A stretch of DNA of 64,000 bases. It comes from an uncultured Candidatus Poseidoniales archaeon. Its GTDB lineage: Archaea; Thermoplasmatota; Poseidoniia; Poseidoniales; Thalassarchaeaceae. Made by a program: the position numbers and the translations under genes. Below the pieces are notes generated by a model that saw nothing but the letters and a program-made list of their open reading frames with translations, was not told where the DNA came from and did not search any database. How positions within the stretch are numbered: position 1 is the first letter of the stretch; every line of letters begins with the position of its first letter. The stretch is from contig CAZXZO010000001.1 of the NCBI GenBank assembly GCA_964645485.1, positions 18,203 to 82,202 of the forward strand. The letters run 5' to 3'. Of this stretch, positions 1 through 7,778 are shown piece by piece.

Positions 1-4
1 CTTT

Positions 5-565
5 GTGGTTAGTGAATTGCTCGGCAGGGGTTTTGGGAGTCAATCCCTAGTCATTAATTTGGAGGCGCCATGGATTCATGCTTCGCAAGGTGAACTGATT
101 GGAAATATGTCGCAGTTACCAGATCATACTCTTGTTCACGTCGTTGAATATGAGACAGATATTGTTGTTGAAAAGTGCATTGGGCGCTGGCAGCATGCTC
201 GCTTACTTGCTCGGGATGGTATCACCTCTCTGCCGTCTGAGCAAGTACTTTTCTTGCAAGTTTCTACAGATTTCCATGGATTCCCAAGACTAATGGCATC
301 CCATTATTTGCAATCGGATTTTGTTAGAGATTCTTTGGCAAACAATTCTTATTATCCGCGAATTGAAGCACAAGCAGATTTCGTCGCCTCTTCTGCAGTT
401 GGTGATATGGCTTCGGCAGATTCGGCTAAATCATGGTTCATGAATGAAGGAGAAATGACGGATTTAGGAAGTTGGTCCGATGGAACCCCAGTCAAACCAA
501 TGATGATTGTTTCTTCGCCCCTTGAATTGTCGGATGGAGATTGGGATGCTTGTCCTCAACCTTGA
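5..565 (+). CDS. Hypothetical protein, probably 5'-truncated by the window edge
   Basis: 186-codon ORF from the window start, stop TGA at 563-565; no motif recognised. Confidence 0.6.
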   Translation: MVSELLGRGFGSQSLVINLEAPWIHASQGELIGNMSQLPDHTLVHVVEYETDIVVEKCIGRWQHARLLARDGITSLPSEQVLFLQVSTDFHGFPRLMASHYLQSDFVRDSLANNSYYPRIEAQADFVASSAVGDMASADSAKSWFMNEGEMTDLGSWSDGTPVKPMMIVSSPLELSDGDWDACPQP

Positions 566-571
566 GCCATT

Positions 572-628
572 TCAAGCGAGAGGAAGTTCGTAATTTTGTG
601 GTGGAGCGATTCCTAAATCGTCTGGAAT
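572..628 (-). repeat. Diverged tandem copy of the last 19 codons of taw1 (IPDDLGIAPPQNYELPLA*)
   Basis: 572-628 aligns to 629-685 at 46/57 nt, head-to-tail and in frame directly after the taw1 TGA. Confidence 0.95.
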
Positions 629-1753
629 TCAAATCATTGGAAGTTTGTAATTTTGTGGTGGAGCAATCCCTAAATCATCAGGGATTTGCCGAGTAGCAAT
701 GGGCAAGGTTACAGGAATAATTTCCTTACCAATCAGCGCTACTCGACTCTCGCGCCGGTCGGATAGAACTTCTCTGCCAACTAGAGGAGCAAGAGTGTTT
801 GAGAACTCCATGATATCATCGTGAGAAGGCATGTTGTCAATCGTGTGATTGTTTTGGGAATGTCCAACATGGACGTATCCCTTTGCCTCTATCCAGTCAG
901 GGTCTGCCAAATTATCAAGTCTGGCATAATCATCGTGATGACCTAGAGATTCACCTTTCAAGAGCGTATGGCGACACACAGTTCGGGTGTCCAAAGAGGG
1001 GAGCAGTGCGAGGGTTTGCTCAAGTTTTTCCCAGGCATTATCGTTGAACTTTGGTTTACAGAGTTTGTTGAAAAGTTGTTTATTCGGGGCATCAACACTG
1101 ATGTAAAGTTGGGTTGGGAGGGTGTCAAGATTTTCAATTACTTTTGGCAATGAACCATTTGTTACGAGGAAAGTTGAGACACCGTGGTCGTGACAGATTT
1201 CAAGAAATTCAGCGAGCCGAGAATACAGTGTTGGCTCACCGTTGAGAGAGATTGCAACGTGTTTCGGGTTTTGTGCGGCTTCCCATTTTTCAAATGGTAC
1301 ATCTTTGTGACCTTTGAATCCGGTTAGGAGTCTTCTGTGACCTCGAACACTTTCATAGAAAAGATGCTCAGGGTCGTCATCAACTTTGTTCAAAGTTTCT
1401 GAATGAGGTTCTCTCCAGCAGTAGGTGCAGGCGAGATTACAGGTGTCAACATTTGGTGCCATCTGCATGCATCCAGAAGATTCAATTCCGTAGAATGTGC
1501 CTTTGTAGCAATGTCGGTCATTCTTGAGGTCTTCTTTAGTCCAGTGGCAAACTTTGACACCACCGTGTTCTCCAACAAGTTGGTAAGATTGTTTGGCTAG
1601 TTTCACAGCAATTTCAGGTTCGATTTTGCTTTCACTAGTATAGGTAGTGACAGGGCTTCCTTGGGCTGGCATCGCGAATACCTCCAACAAAAACAGATTC
1701 CACAGCGGGATTGTGTCAGTAGTAAAGCGGGCGAGTAGCCTATCAGACTTCAA
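629..1753 (-). CDS. taw1: 4-demethylwyosine synthase (radical SAM, TYW1/Taw1); likely start ATG at 1672
   Basis: CNLACTYC radical-SAM motif, VKVCHWTK and CYKGTFYGIES motifs, AISLNGEPTLY, FLVTNG, WIEAKGY. Confidence 0.95.
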   Translation of the reverse strand: MKSDRLLARFTTDTIPLWNLFLLEVFAMPAQGSPVTTYTSESKIEPEIAVKLAKQSYQLVGEHGGVKVCHWTKEDLKNDRHCYKGTFYGIESSGCMQMAPNVDTCNLACTYCWREPHSETLNKVDDDPEHLFYESVRGHRRLLTGFKGHKDVPFEKWEAAQNPKHVAISLNGEPTLYSRLAEFLEICHDHGVSTFLVTNGSLPKVIENLDTLPTQLYISVDAPNKQLFNKLCKPKFNDNAWEKLEQTLALLPSLDTRTVCRHTLLKGESLGHHDDYARLDNLADPDWIEAKGYVHVGHSQNNHTIDNMPSHDDIMEFSNTLAPLVGREVLSDRRESRVALIGKEIIPVTLPIATRQIPDDLGIAPPQNYKLPMI

Positions 1754-1791
1754 CCCGCCGATTAGCAGAGAAACTTCTCCTCAAAATCTTG

Positions 1792-2187
1792 TTATGGTTT
1801 AATCCCGAGAACTTTAACACCATCAATTCCGATAAAATCACGGTCCTTAGTAATCAACGTTTGACCTGTTCTAATACTCACTGCTAGCATGACAGCATCA
1901 GCAAGAGAGAATTTGGTTCGACCTTCTTGGCGGCATTGCCATTTAATTTTCCCACTTTCGATGAGGTCGTCTTTAGTCAGGGAAATCTTGGTTACGAATA
2001 ATTCTACTTCAGTAAATGAAATATTAGGGTCACGATTATTTTTTACTGTAACATCTGAAATTTCTGCTAGTTGGTGTTGAGTAATGTACGCATTTTCACC
2101 CGATTCAATCAATAATTTAGTTAATTCAGTACTGACCGGTTCACGTTCCCAAATAAAATCTAAGACGATACTAGTATCAAGGATCAT
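1792..2187 (-). CDS. vapC: PIN-domain toxin (VapC-like)
   Basis: MILDTSIVL N-terminus, SLADAVMLA and LITKDRDF acidic PIN motifs; 4-bp overlap with the upstream antitoxin. Confidence 0.9.
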   Translation of the reverse strand: MILDTSIVLDFIWEREPVSTELTKLLIESGENAYITQHQLAEISDVTVKNNRDPNISFTEVELFVTKISLTKDDLIESGKIKWQCRQEGRTKFSLADAVMLAVSIRTGQTLITKDRDFIGIDGVKVLGIKP

Positions 2188-2489
2188 TCCTTATCCACTC
2201 CATATTCTGATTTATCAGATTCCTCAAAATCGTCAGTATCGTAATCCCATTGTTCGTGCTCACCGTACAGCCTTTTGAGGGAACCTCTTGCTGATAAAAT
2301 CCGTTGAATTCGTTTTGCTTCAAGTAAATCGGCCACATTGATTTCAATTATTATTTCATCACCTTTCTTTATTCCAGCATTTGCTAGTATTTTTTTGGGC
2401 AGAATTATTCCGAGCGAATTTCCAATCGCTCGAACCTTCGCTTTTATTGTTGATTTTTCAGACGCCTGATTTTGCTCAATAGTTTGCAT
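2184..2489 (-). CDS. AbrB/MazE/SpoVT-family antitoxin
   Basis: KVRAIGNSLGIILPKKILANAGIKKGDEIII swapped-hairpin signature, acidic C-terminal tail, directly upstream of the PIN gene. Confidence 0.9.
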   Translation of the reverse strand: MQTIEQNQASEKSTIKAKVRAIGNSLGIILPKKILANAGIKKGDEIIIEINVADLLEAKRIQRILSARGSLKRLYGEHEQWDYDTDDFEESDKSEYGVDKE

Positions 2490-2511
2490 GTATTATGCTA
2501 TTTGTTGACAC

Positions 2512-2536
2512 TATTTAAGATATTATGTTATAACAT
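2512..2536 (-). promoter_or_regulatory. Putative TATA box and palindromic operator of the TA operon
   Basis: Minus-strand TTAAATA at 2512-2518, about 25 bp before the ATG at 2489; perfect 12-bp palindrome ATGTTATAACAT at 2525-2536. Confidence 0.55.
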
Positions 2537-2634
2537 TGCTTGGTAATAATGAAAAATCAGAACATAAATAATCAAGAAAATTGGAATCCAAAACGTCAGA
2601 ATTTGAGCCGATTGGGTAAAATTCAACATGAAAA

Positions 2635-3492
2635 TTAGGCAAAATTTCCAGACTGATAATCAATAAATGCTTGCTGGATTTCAGCCTCCGTATTCATCAC
2701 GAATGGACCATATCTTGCTATCGGCTCGTTCAGTGGTTGGCCTGCTAATAGCAGTAATTCGGCACCTTCAACGGCATCTTTTGTAACAGAAAATGTGATT
2801 TCATCGCCATCAGTCAAAATTGCCATCTCTCCGTCATTTACCTCTTGTCCATCCTTCCCCCCGCCAACATTGAGAGCCCCACCAAAACAGAAGACAAGTC
2901 CGGTCAACCCTTGAGATAGGGATTGTGTGAGTGAACCTCCCGGAAGAATAGAAATGTGTAGGTAAGTGATAGGGATAACCGTATCAATAACCGCAGAAAC
3001 ACCCAAACTTTCACCGGCGACAACCACCACTTTGACTAAACCGTCCTCCGATTTTCCGACAGGAATTTCTCGGGCTGGTACATCTTGGTATCGAGGTTGC
3101 ATCATTTTCTTTTCACTGGGTAAATTTACCCAAATTTGGAATCCATGCATAATGCCGCCGGATTCTAGAAAGTCGTCTGGCGGCATTTCAGAGTGAATAA
3201 CTCCGCGTCCAGCAGTCATCCATTGCACGTCTCCTGGTTGCATCAGACTTGAATTACCAGCCGAATCCTCATGCAAGATTTTGCCCTCCAACAGATAAGT
3301 TACGGTCTCAAAACCTCGGTGTGGGTGAGAGGGTGCGCCGATTGCTTCACCGGGTGGCCAGTCGATTGGGCCCATCTCGTCGATGAGAAGAAACGGGTCG
3401 GTTAATTTTCCAAGAGCTGCTGGCCTGCGGACAGGAAAACCTCCACCTTCTAGGAGCCTGTGTGTGGGGATAATCTGGGCAACTTTTCTCAT
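2635..3492 (-). CDS. Pirin family protein
   Basis: DPFLLID, HPHRGFETVTYLLEG, GDVQWMTAGRGVIHSE, GFQIWVNLP, YGPFVMNT. Confidence 0.97.
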   Translation of the reverse strand: MRKVAQIIPTHRLLEGGGFPVRRPAALGKLTDPFLLIDEMGPIDWPPGEAIGAPSHPHRGFETVTYLLEGKILHEDSAGNSSLMQPGDVQWMTAGRGVIHSEMPPDDFLESGGIMHGFQIWVNLPSEKKMMQPRYQDVPAREIPVGKSEDGLVKVVVVAGESLGVSAVIDTVIPITYLHISILPGGSLTQSLSQGLTGLVFCFGGALNVGGGKDGQEVNDGEMAILTDGDEITFSVTKDAVEGAELLLLAGQPLNEPIARYGPFVMNTEAEIQQAFIDYQSGNFA

Positions 3493-3737
3493 GTTAAAAT
3501 CGCCTTGGGTTGCAGATTATTTAATGCTTTTATACAACAATTGGGATGTAATTGGAAATTTTTTTTGACTTGGTTCCAGGCGATTTCTCATCTGAAAATG
3601 TGGCTTTTATATTCCAAATAGCGGACATTGGTTATATTTTCCATTCAAGAAAATTGAAAATGTGGTGCAAATTTTTCACCTTGCTTTTGTCAACGTAACT
3701 GCACTCTATATTACACCGGTCTATTTCGCCCGGCTTA

Positions 3738-6296
3738 ATGAGTGAACTTGCTAGCCTCAAGAAGCGCCGCCGACTGACGCTTTTGGCATTTGGATTAGCG
3801 ACTATTTTCATCTTTTCCGGCTTTGTTTTTGGACCTTCAGGCAACAACCGTTCGGCCTTCACTTTGGTTGATGATGAAACTTGGGCTGCGGCTGCATTAG
3901 CCGATGAAAGAATGACTGAACCTGGCCATGATGCAGTCGTTTTCATCGGTCCAAAATGGGACACCGAAGGTGGTAATATTTTGGCTCTTTCAGTTTTGCA
4001 GGAATTGACCGACCGTCACGATGAAGTAATGTCAAATCCAGAAATCAATGAGCATTTCATCGAAGTTTACCAATGGCAAGTTCAAGCGCATGTCAGAGGC
4101 CCTTGGGGTTTTGGGGAAACCGTTAGAATGGTGATGAATCAAGAATCAATTGTTAGCCAACAAATAGGTTGGAACGGCTCAAGTTTCGAAAACGCCACCA
4201 GCGCCGATTTAGACGATGTGTTGACTAGACTTTTCAACTTCGAATTAGAAGATGGTAGCAAGCCATACAGGCTTATTGTCAGCGGTTTAGAACAAAAATC
4301 AGATGAATCTTGGTATGCCTGCGCAAGCATGATTTTTGGAGTTGCAAACTCCTCATCTTTGTTCGGAGAAGATGGTGAATACTCCAAGGTTCCCGGGGCC
4401 GACAAACCCTTCTTTGAGGAGTGGGAATTGTTGATCGACGACGTCTATGCTCAACCCATGGATGCGACAGGGGAAGATGTTCACGTGTGGTCATTCTTGG
4501 CTATTGACTCAGAGGTAAATGATGAGGTCAACCAAACGATGCCACTGATTGGAGTCTCATTTGTGTTAATGGTGGCTGTAATCGGGCTTTTCTTCCGCGA
4601 TTGGCGCGACGTTCTCTCTGCTACTGCTGGCCTTGGTCTGCTAATGGGTTGGATGTTTGGAACTCAAGCATGGTTAGGTTATCCACAGACCCAAGTTTCT
4701 GCAATGTTGCCAATTCTTTTACTCGCTCTGGGTGTTGATTTCTCTTTCCATAGTTTACAACGTTGGCGGGCGATTTCACACCGGAATGGTGGTGATGAAG
4801 AGGCTAGATTAGCGGCTGCATGGACAAGTATTGGCGAACTTAAGCCTGCACTTGGATTAGCAACAATCACCACCATGATTGCCTTTGGAACCGCTGCATT
4901 TTCTCCAATTCCTGATTTGGCAGAATGGGGTAGGTTAGCAGCGATTTACATTCCCGAAGCCTATCTGTTGCTAGGAATTTTCACAGTGGTACTGCGCTCA
5001 GGAAATGCTGTGCATCGTGGTGAATCACAGAAAGGATTCGCAGAAAAAATGCGTTCTCTTGGAGATTTTCAGGTCAAAAATCCTCTACCGTTTGTTCTAG
5101 CACTGTTGTTACTCTCAGGCAGTGCTTTTGTAATTGGTCAACCCGATTCTGATTTTGATGTTCACGACTATCTGGATGGAGATTCAAGGATGGTTCAATC
5201 GCTAGATACCGCGGCGATTGCATTTGACGAATCTAGTTCAGGTGAACCTGGATTTATTTTAGTCCAAGCAGGAGAGTCATCTGATCTGGCTAATTATGAC
5301 ACAATTCTACAACTTGATGCTTTGATGACTGATATTCGTCAACGCAATTGGACATATGATAATCCGACTATAATTGATGAAATCCGTTGGCAAATCGCAC
5401 TTGTAAATGCCGGAGGACCCGGATATAATTCTTCAACAATTAATCAACAAACAGGATTCCCTGAATCAAGTGCTGATATCCGTGCAATCTTAATTGACAT
5501 CTCAAGAAATGGAACAATGAATCCAGCAGATCCTCGCTCAATATCTACACCAACTCAAGTCGCTGCAATTGCCGCAATTGATTCAGAGACAGGCAAGTTA
5601 GAGATGCTAAAATTACCAATCAAGGTAGAGAAAGCTGAAGATTGGGTTTGGATGGGCGAGTATCAAGATGATGTTGAAGAGGTTATAGACCAACATTTAG
5701 ATTTCAGCAATGGGGAAAAGGCAATATTAACAGGGATTTCATATCAACGATATGTGTATGTAAATGCGATGACAAGTTCATTCCAGAACAGCATTTACAT
5801 CGCAATTATTGCCTGCTTCATTGTACTAATGTTCGTGTTTAGAGATATTCGACTTAGTGTGATAACAATTACACCAGTCGCCGCAGTCTCTTTTTGGCTA
5901 TATGCGGGAATGAATCTCGCAGGCCAAAGTCTCAACATTGTAACTCTCCAAGTCGCAAGTTTAGCCATCGGTTTGGGCTTGGATTATGCAATCCATGTTA
6001 CTCAAGCAATTCGCGAACAAAAGGAGCGACGTCCTGACGCGGGTATGGCGCGTTGGGTGCGGGGTATGATGGGTCACACAGGTACTGCGTTATTCGCCTC
6101 AGGTTTTACAGATATTCTCGGGTTTGCGGTGCTGCTTCTCTCGGTAATGCCGATGTTCACTATGTTTGGAAAAGTCATGATTGTCATGGTTATACTCGCA
6201 CAGGCTGCTTGTGTGTTCATTTTGCCAGCACTTTTGACCCTATTTGGTGGACTTGAAAATGATGTTGAGGCGGCAGACCCCAGCCTAGAATCTTAG
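3738..6296 (+). CDS. MMPL/RND family transporter
   Basis: Two TM bundles, each after a large extracytoplasmic loop; ALGVDFSFH and IGLGLDYAIH motifs. Confidence 0.9.
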   Translation: MSELASLKKRRRLTLLAFGLATIFIFSGFVFGPSGNNRSAFTLVDDETWAAAALADERMTEPGHDAVVFIGPKWDTEGGNILALSVLQELTDRHDEVMSNPEINEHFIEVYQWQVQAHVRGPWGFGETVRMVMNQESIVSQQIGWNGSSFENATSADLDDVLTRLFNFELEDGSKPYRLIVSGLEQKSDESWYACASMIFGVANSSSLFGEDGEYSKVPGADKPFFEEWELLIDDVYAQPMDATGEDVHVWSFLAIDSEVNDEVNQTMPLIGVSFVLMVAVIGLFFRDWRDVLSATAGLGLLMGWMFGTQAWLGYPQTQVSAMLPILLLALGVDFSFHSLQRWRAISHRNGGDEEARLAAAWTSIGELKPALGLATITTMIAFGTAAFSPIPDLAEWGRLAAIYIPEAYLLLGIFTVVLRSGNAVHRGESQKGFAEKMRSLGDFQVKNPLPFVLALLLLSGSAFVIGQPDSDFDVHDYLDGDSRMVQSLDTAAIAFDESSSGEPGFILVQAGESSDLANYDTILQLDALMTDIRQRNWTYDNPTIIDEIRWQIALVNAGGPGYNSSTINQQTGFPESSADIRAILIDISRNGTMNPADPRSISTPTQVAAIAAIDSETGKLEMLKLPIKVEKAEDWVWMGEYQDDVEEVIDQHLDFSNGEKAILTGISYQRYVYVNAMTSSFQNSIYIAIIACFIVLMFVFRDIRLSVITITPVAAVSFWLYAGMNLAGQSLNIVTLQVASLAIGLGLDYAIHVTQAIREQKERRPDAGMARWVRGMMGHTGTALFASGFTDILGFAVLLLSVMPMFTMFGKVMIVMVILAQAACVFILPALLTLFGGLENDVEAADPSLES

Positions 6297-6403
6297 AGTG
6301 GAACCATCATCTAGACTCATTCTACTTTCAATTGCCAAATGCTGGAAGAATACCACTTCTTAACTCCAATTGTTTAATCAAATTCAGCATGCAATTTACT
6401 CAT

Positions 6404-7438
6404 TTATTCAACACTAGAATTCCAATTTTGCATCAAATTTAATTCTTCAGTGACTCCGACCACATCGCCATCTTCCCACCAATCAACGGCGATGAAAGTC
6501 GGGCGATTGCCAACTTCTTGCCAGCATTCAATCGCCCTTGCCAACAAAGTCTCCTTGTCATTGACTTGTTCAGCCCTTTGGGAGTCAGCTAATCCAAGGG
6601 GATTACTCAACCAATTATTGAGATGCCAAACCGGCTGTTCTCGGTCTCCCCGACCCACATCACAGGACATATCCTCTTGTTCGTCTTCTCCGTAAGGGGT
6701 GTCCCAACTATGGGTCCAAGCATGGTGTAACCACGGGTATTGCGTATCGTCTCCTTCATCCCAAAATATTACCAAAGTGCGGTTTGAGAGCACCATTTCT
6801 CCAAGGGTAGGCCAAGGTTCTCCAGGTGAATGAACCCAAGTCCGGTCGAGTAGTCCAGTCTGGTTAAACAGGTGTTCAAGATGGTCAATAGGCACGTAAT
6901 TTTCTAGCAAAATTGAGACAATGTCGTTGGGTGATTCGTTCATGAAACTACTCAATTGAGAGAGCCACGCAAAGGCGTCCACTTCCGAATATTCACACGG
7001 GTGCAGGGATTGGTCCGGGTCGCCATGGCAGAATACAACATCCTCCTTGTTAGTCTGGGATGCTGATTTGTGATGGGTGTCAAGCATATAGGCGCGGATA
7101 CCTCCGTTCCACTGTGCAGTCAATCCGGTATCGTGGTTGGCTGCTAGATACAGGACTCCATCTTCGCTAGTAGCGAATGAGTTGTGGGTTTCAGCGAATG
7201 TGAAATTGTCGTAGGTTCGGAGGCAAAATTCGACCAGGCCTTGACAGGCTGGGGCGTCGGTGGAATCGTTTGGGTTGAGGCCGAATTCAGTCTCATAGCC
7301 ATCAGTCAGGCCGTCGCCGTCGCTGTCAGAATTTGGGTCAAATTCTGGTGAATTAACACCACCTAAACAGCCGGCAAAAAATAGACTAAAGGCTAAAAAA
7401 AGAGCGCAAAAAGATGAGCGCAGACAGGGTGACATCAT
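6404..7438 (-). CDS. PI-PLC X-domain phosphodiesterase, probable lipoprotein
   Basis: FAGCLGG lipobox-like signal, DSDGDGLTD Ca loop, THNSF and GIRAYMLDTH catalytic segments, PTFIAVDWW. Confidence 0.8.
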   Translation of the reverse strand: MMSPCLRSSFCALFLAFSLFFAGCLGGVNSPEFDPNSDSDGDGLTDGYETEFGLNPNDSTDAPACQGLVEFCLRTYDNFTFAETHNSFATSEDGVLYLAANHDTGLTAQWNGGIRAYMLDTHHKSASQTNKEDVVFCHGDPDQSLHPCEYSEVDAFAWLSQLSSFMNESPNDIVSILLENYVPIDHLEHLFNQTGLLDRTWVHSPGEPWPTLGEMVLSNRTLVIFWDEGDDTQYPWLHHAWTHSWDTPYGEDEQEDMSCDVGRGDREQPVWHLNNWLSNPLGLADSQRAEQVNDKETLLARAIECWQEVGNRPTFIAVDWWEDGDVVGVTEELNLMQNWNSSVE

Positions 7439-7557
7439 TCACTGATGTTAGCCACTTGGGAATCAACCCTTCGTAAACCAAGGGGCTTTTTTATTTCTCG
7501 GACATTGGGTATTTCACCTGAACGGCCTTCATAGTAATTTTTCATTTACAGCGAAAT

Positions 7558-7778
7558 TTATCGTTCGCTATCCCCGCGGACAATTTTGACTCCTTTTGGC
7601 CAAAGCACGAGAATTAGGGTTTTTTCACGGGTTTTTGGATTGTGGGTAGTTTCGGGGCCCATCCATACTAGGCTGCCCTGTGGGTACGTCCCTGACTCGT
7701 CGTACACCTCGCCACGCAGAACTAGGTAAGCCTCTCCACCTGGGTGCATGTGGGGCATAAACGCCTCCACCTCAACTT
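7558..7778 (-). pseudogene. Displaced 3' fragment of the cupin gene; could still encode a 66-70 aa mini-cupin
   Basis: 96% identical to the 3' half of 12682..13047 but with a different C-terminus (KIVRGDSER* versus KII*). Confidence 0.85.
7582..7778. repeat. 197-bp direct repeat, left copy (att-like)
   Basis: Matches 12688-12884 with 8 mismatches; 7695-7778 is identical. Confidence 0.95.

Noticed and set aside
6320-6440. Weak echo of the PI-PLC gene end (TCCAATT...ATCAAATT)
   Set aside because: Too short and gapped to distinguish from background
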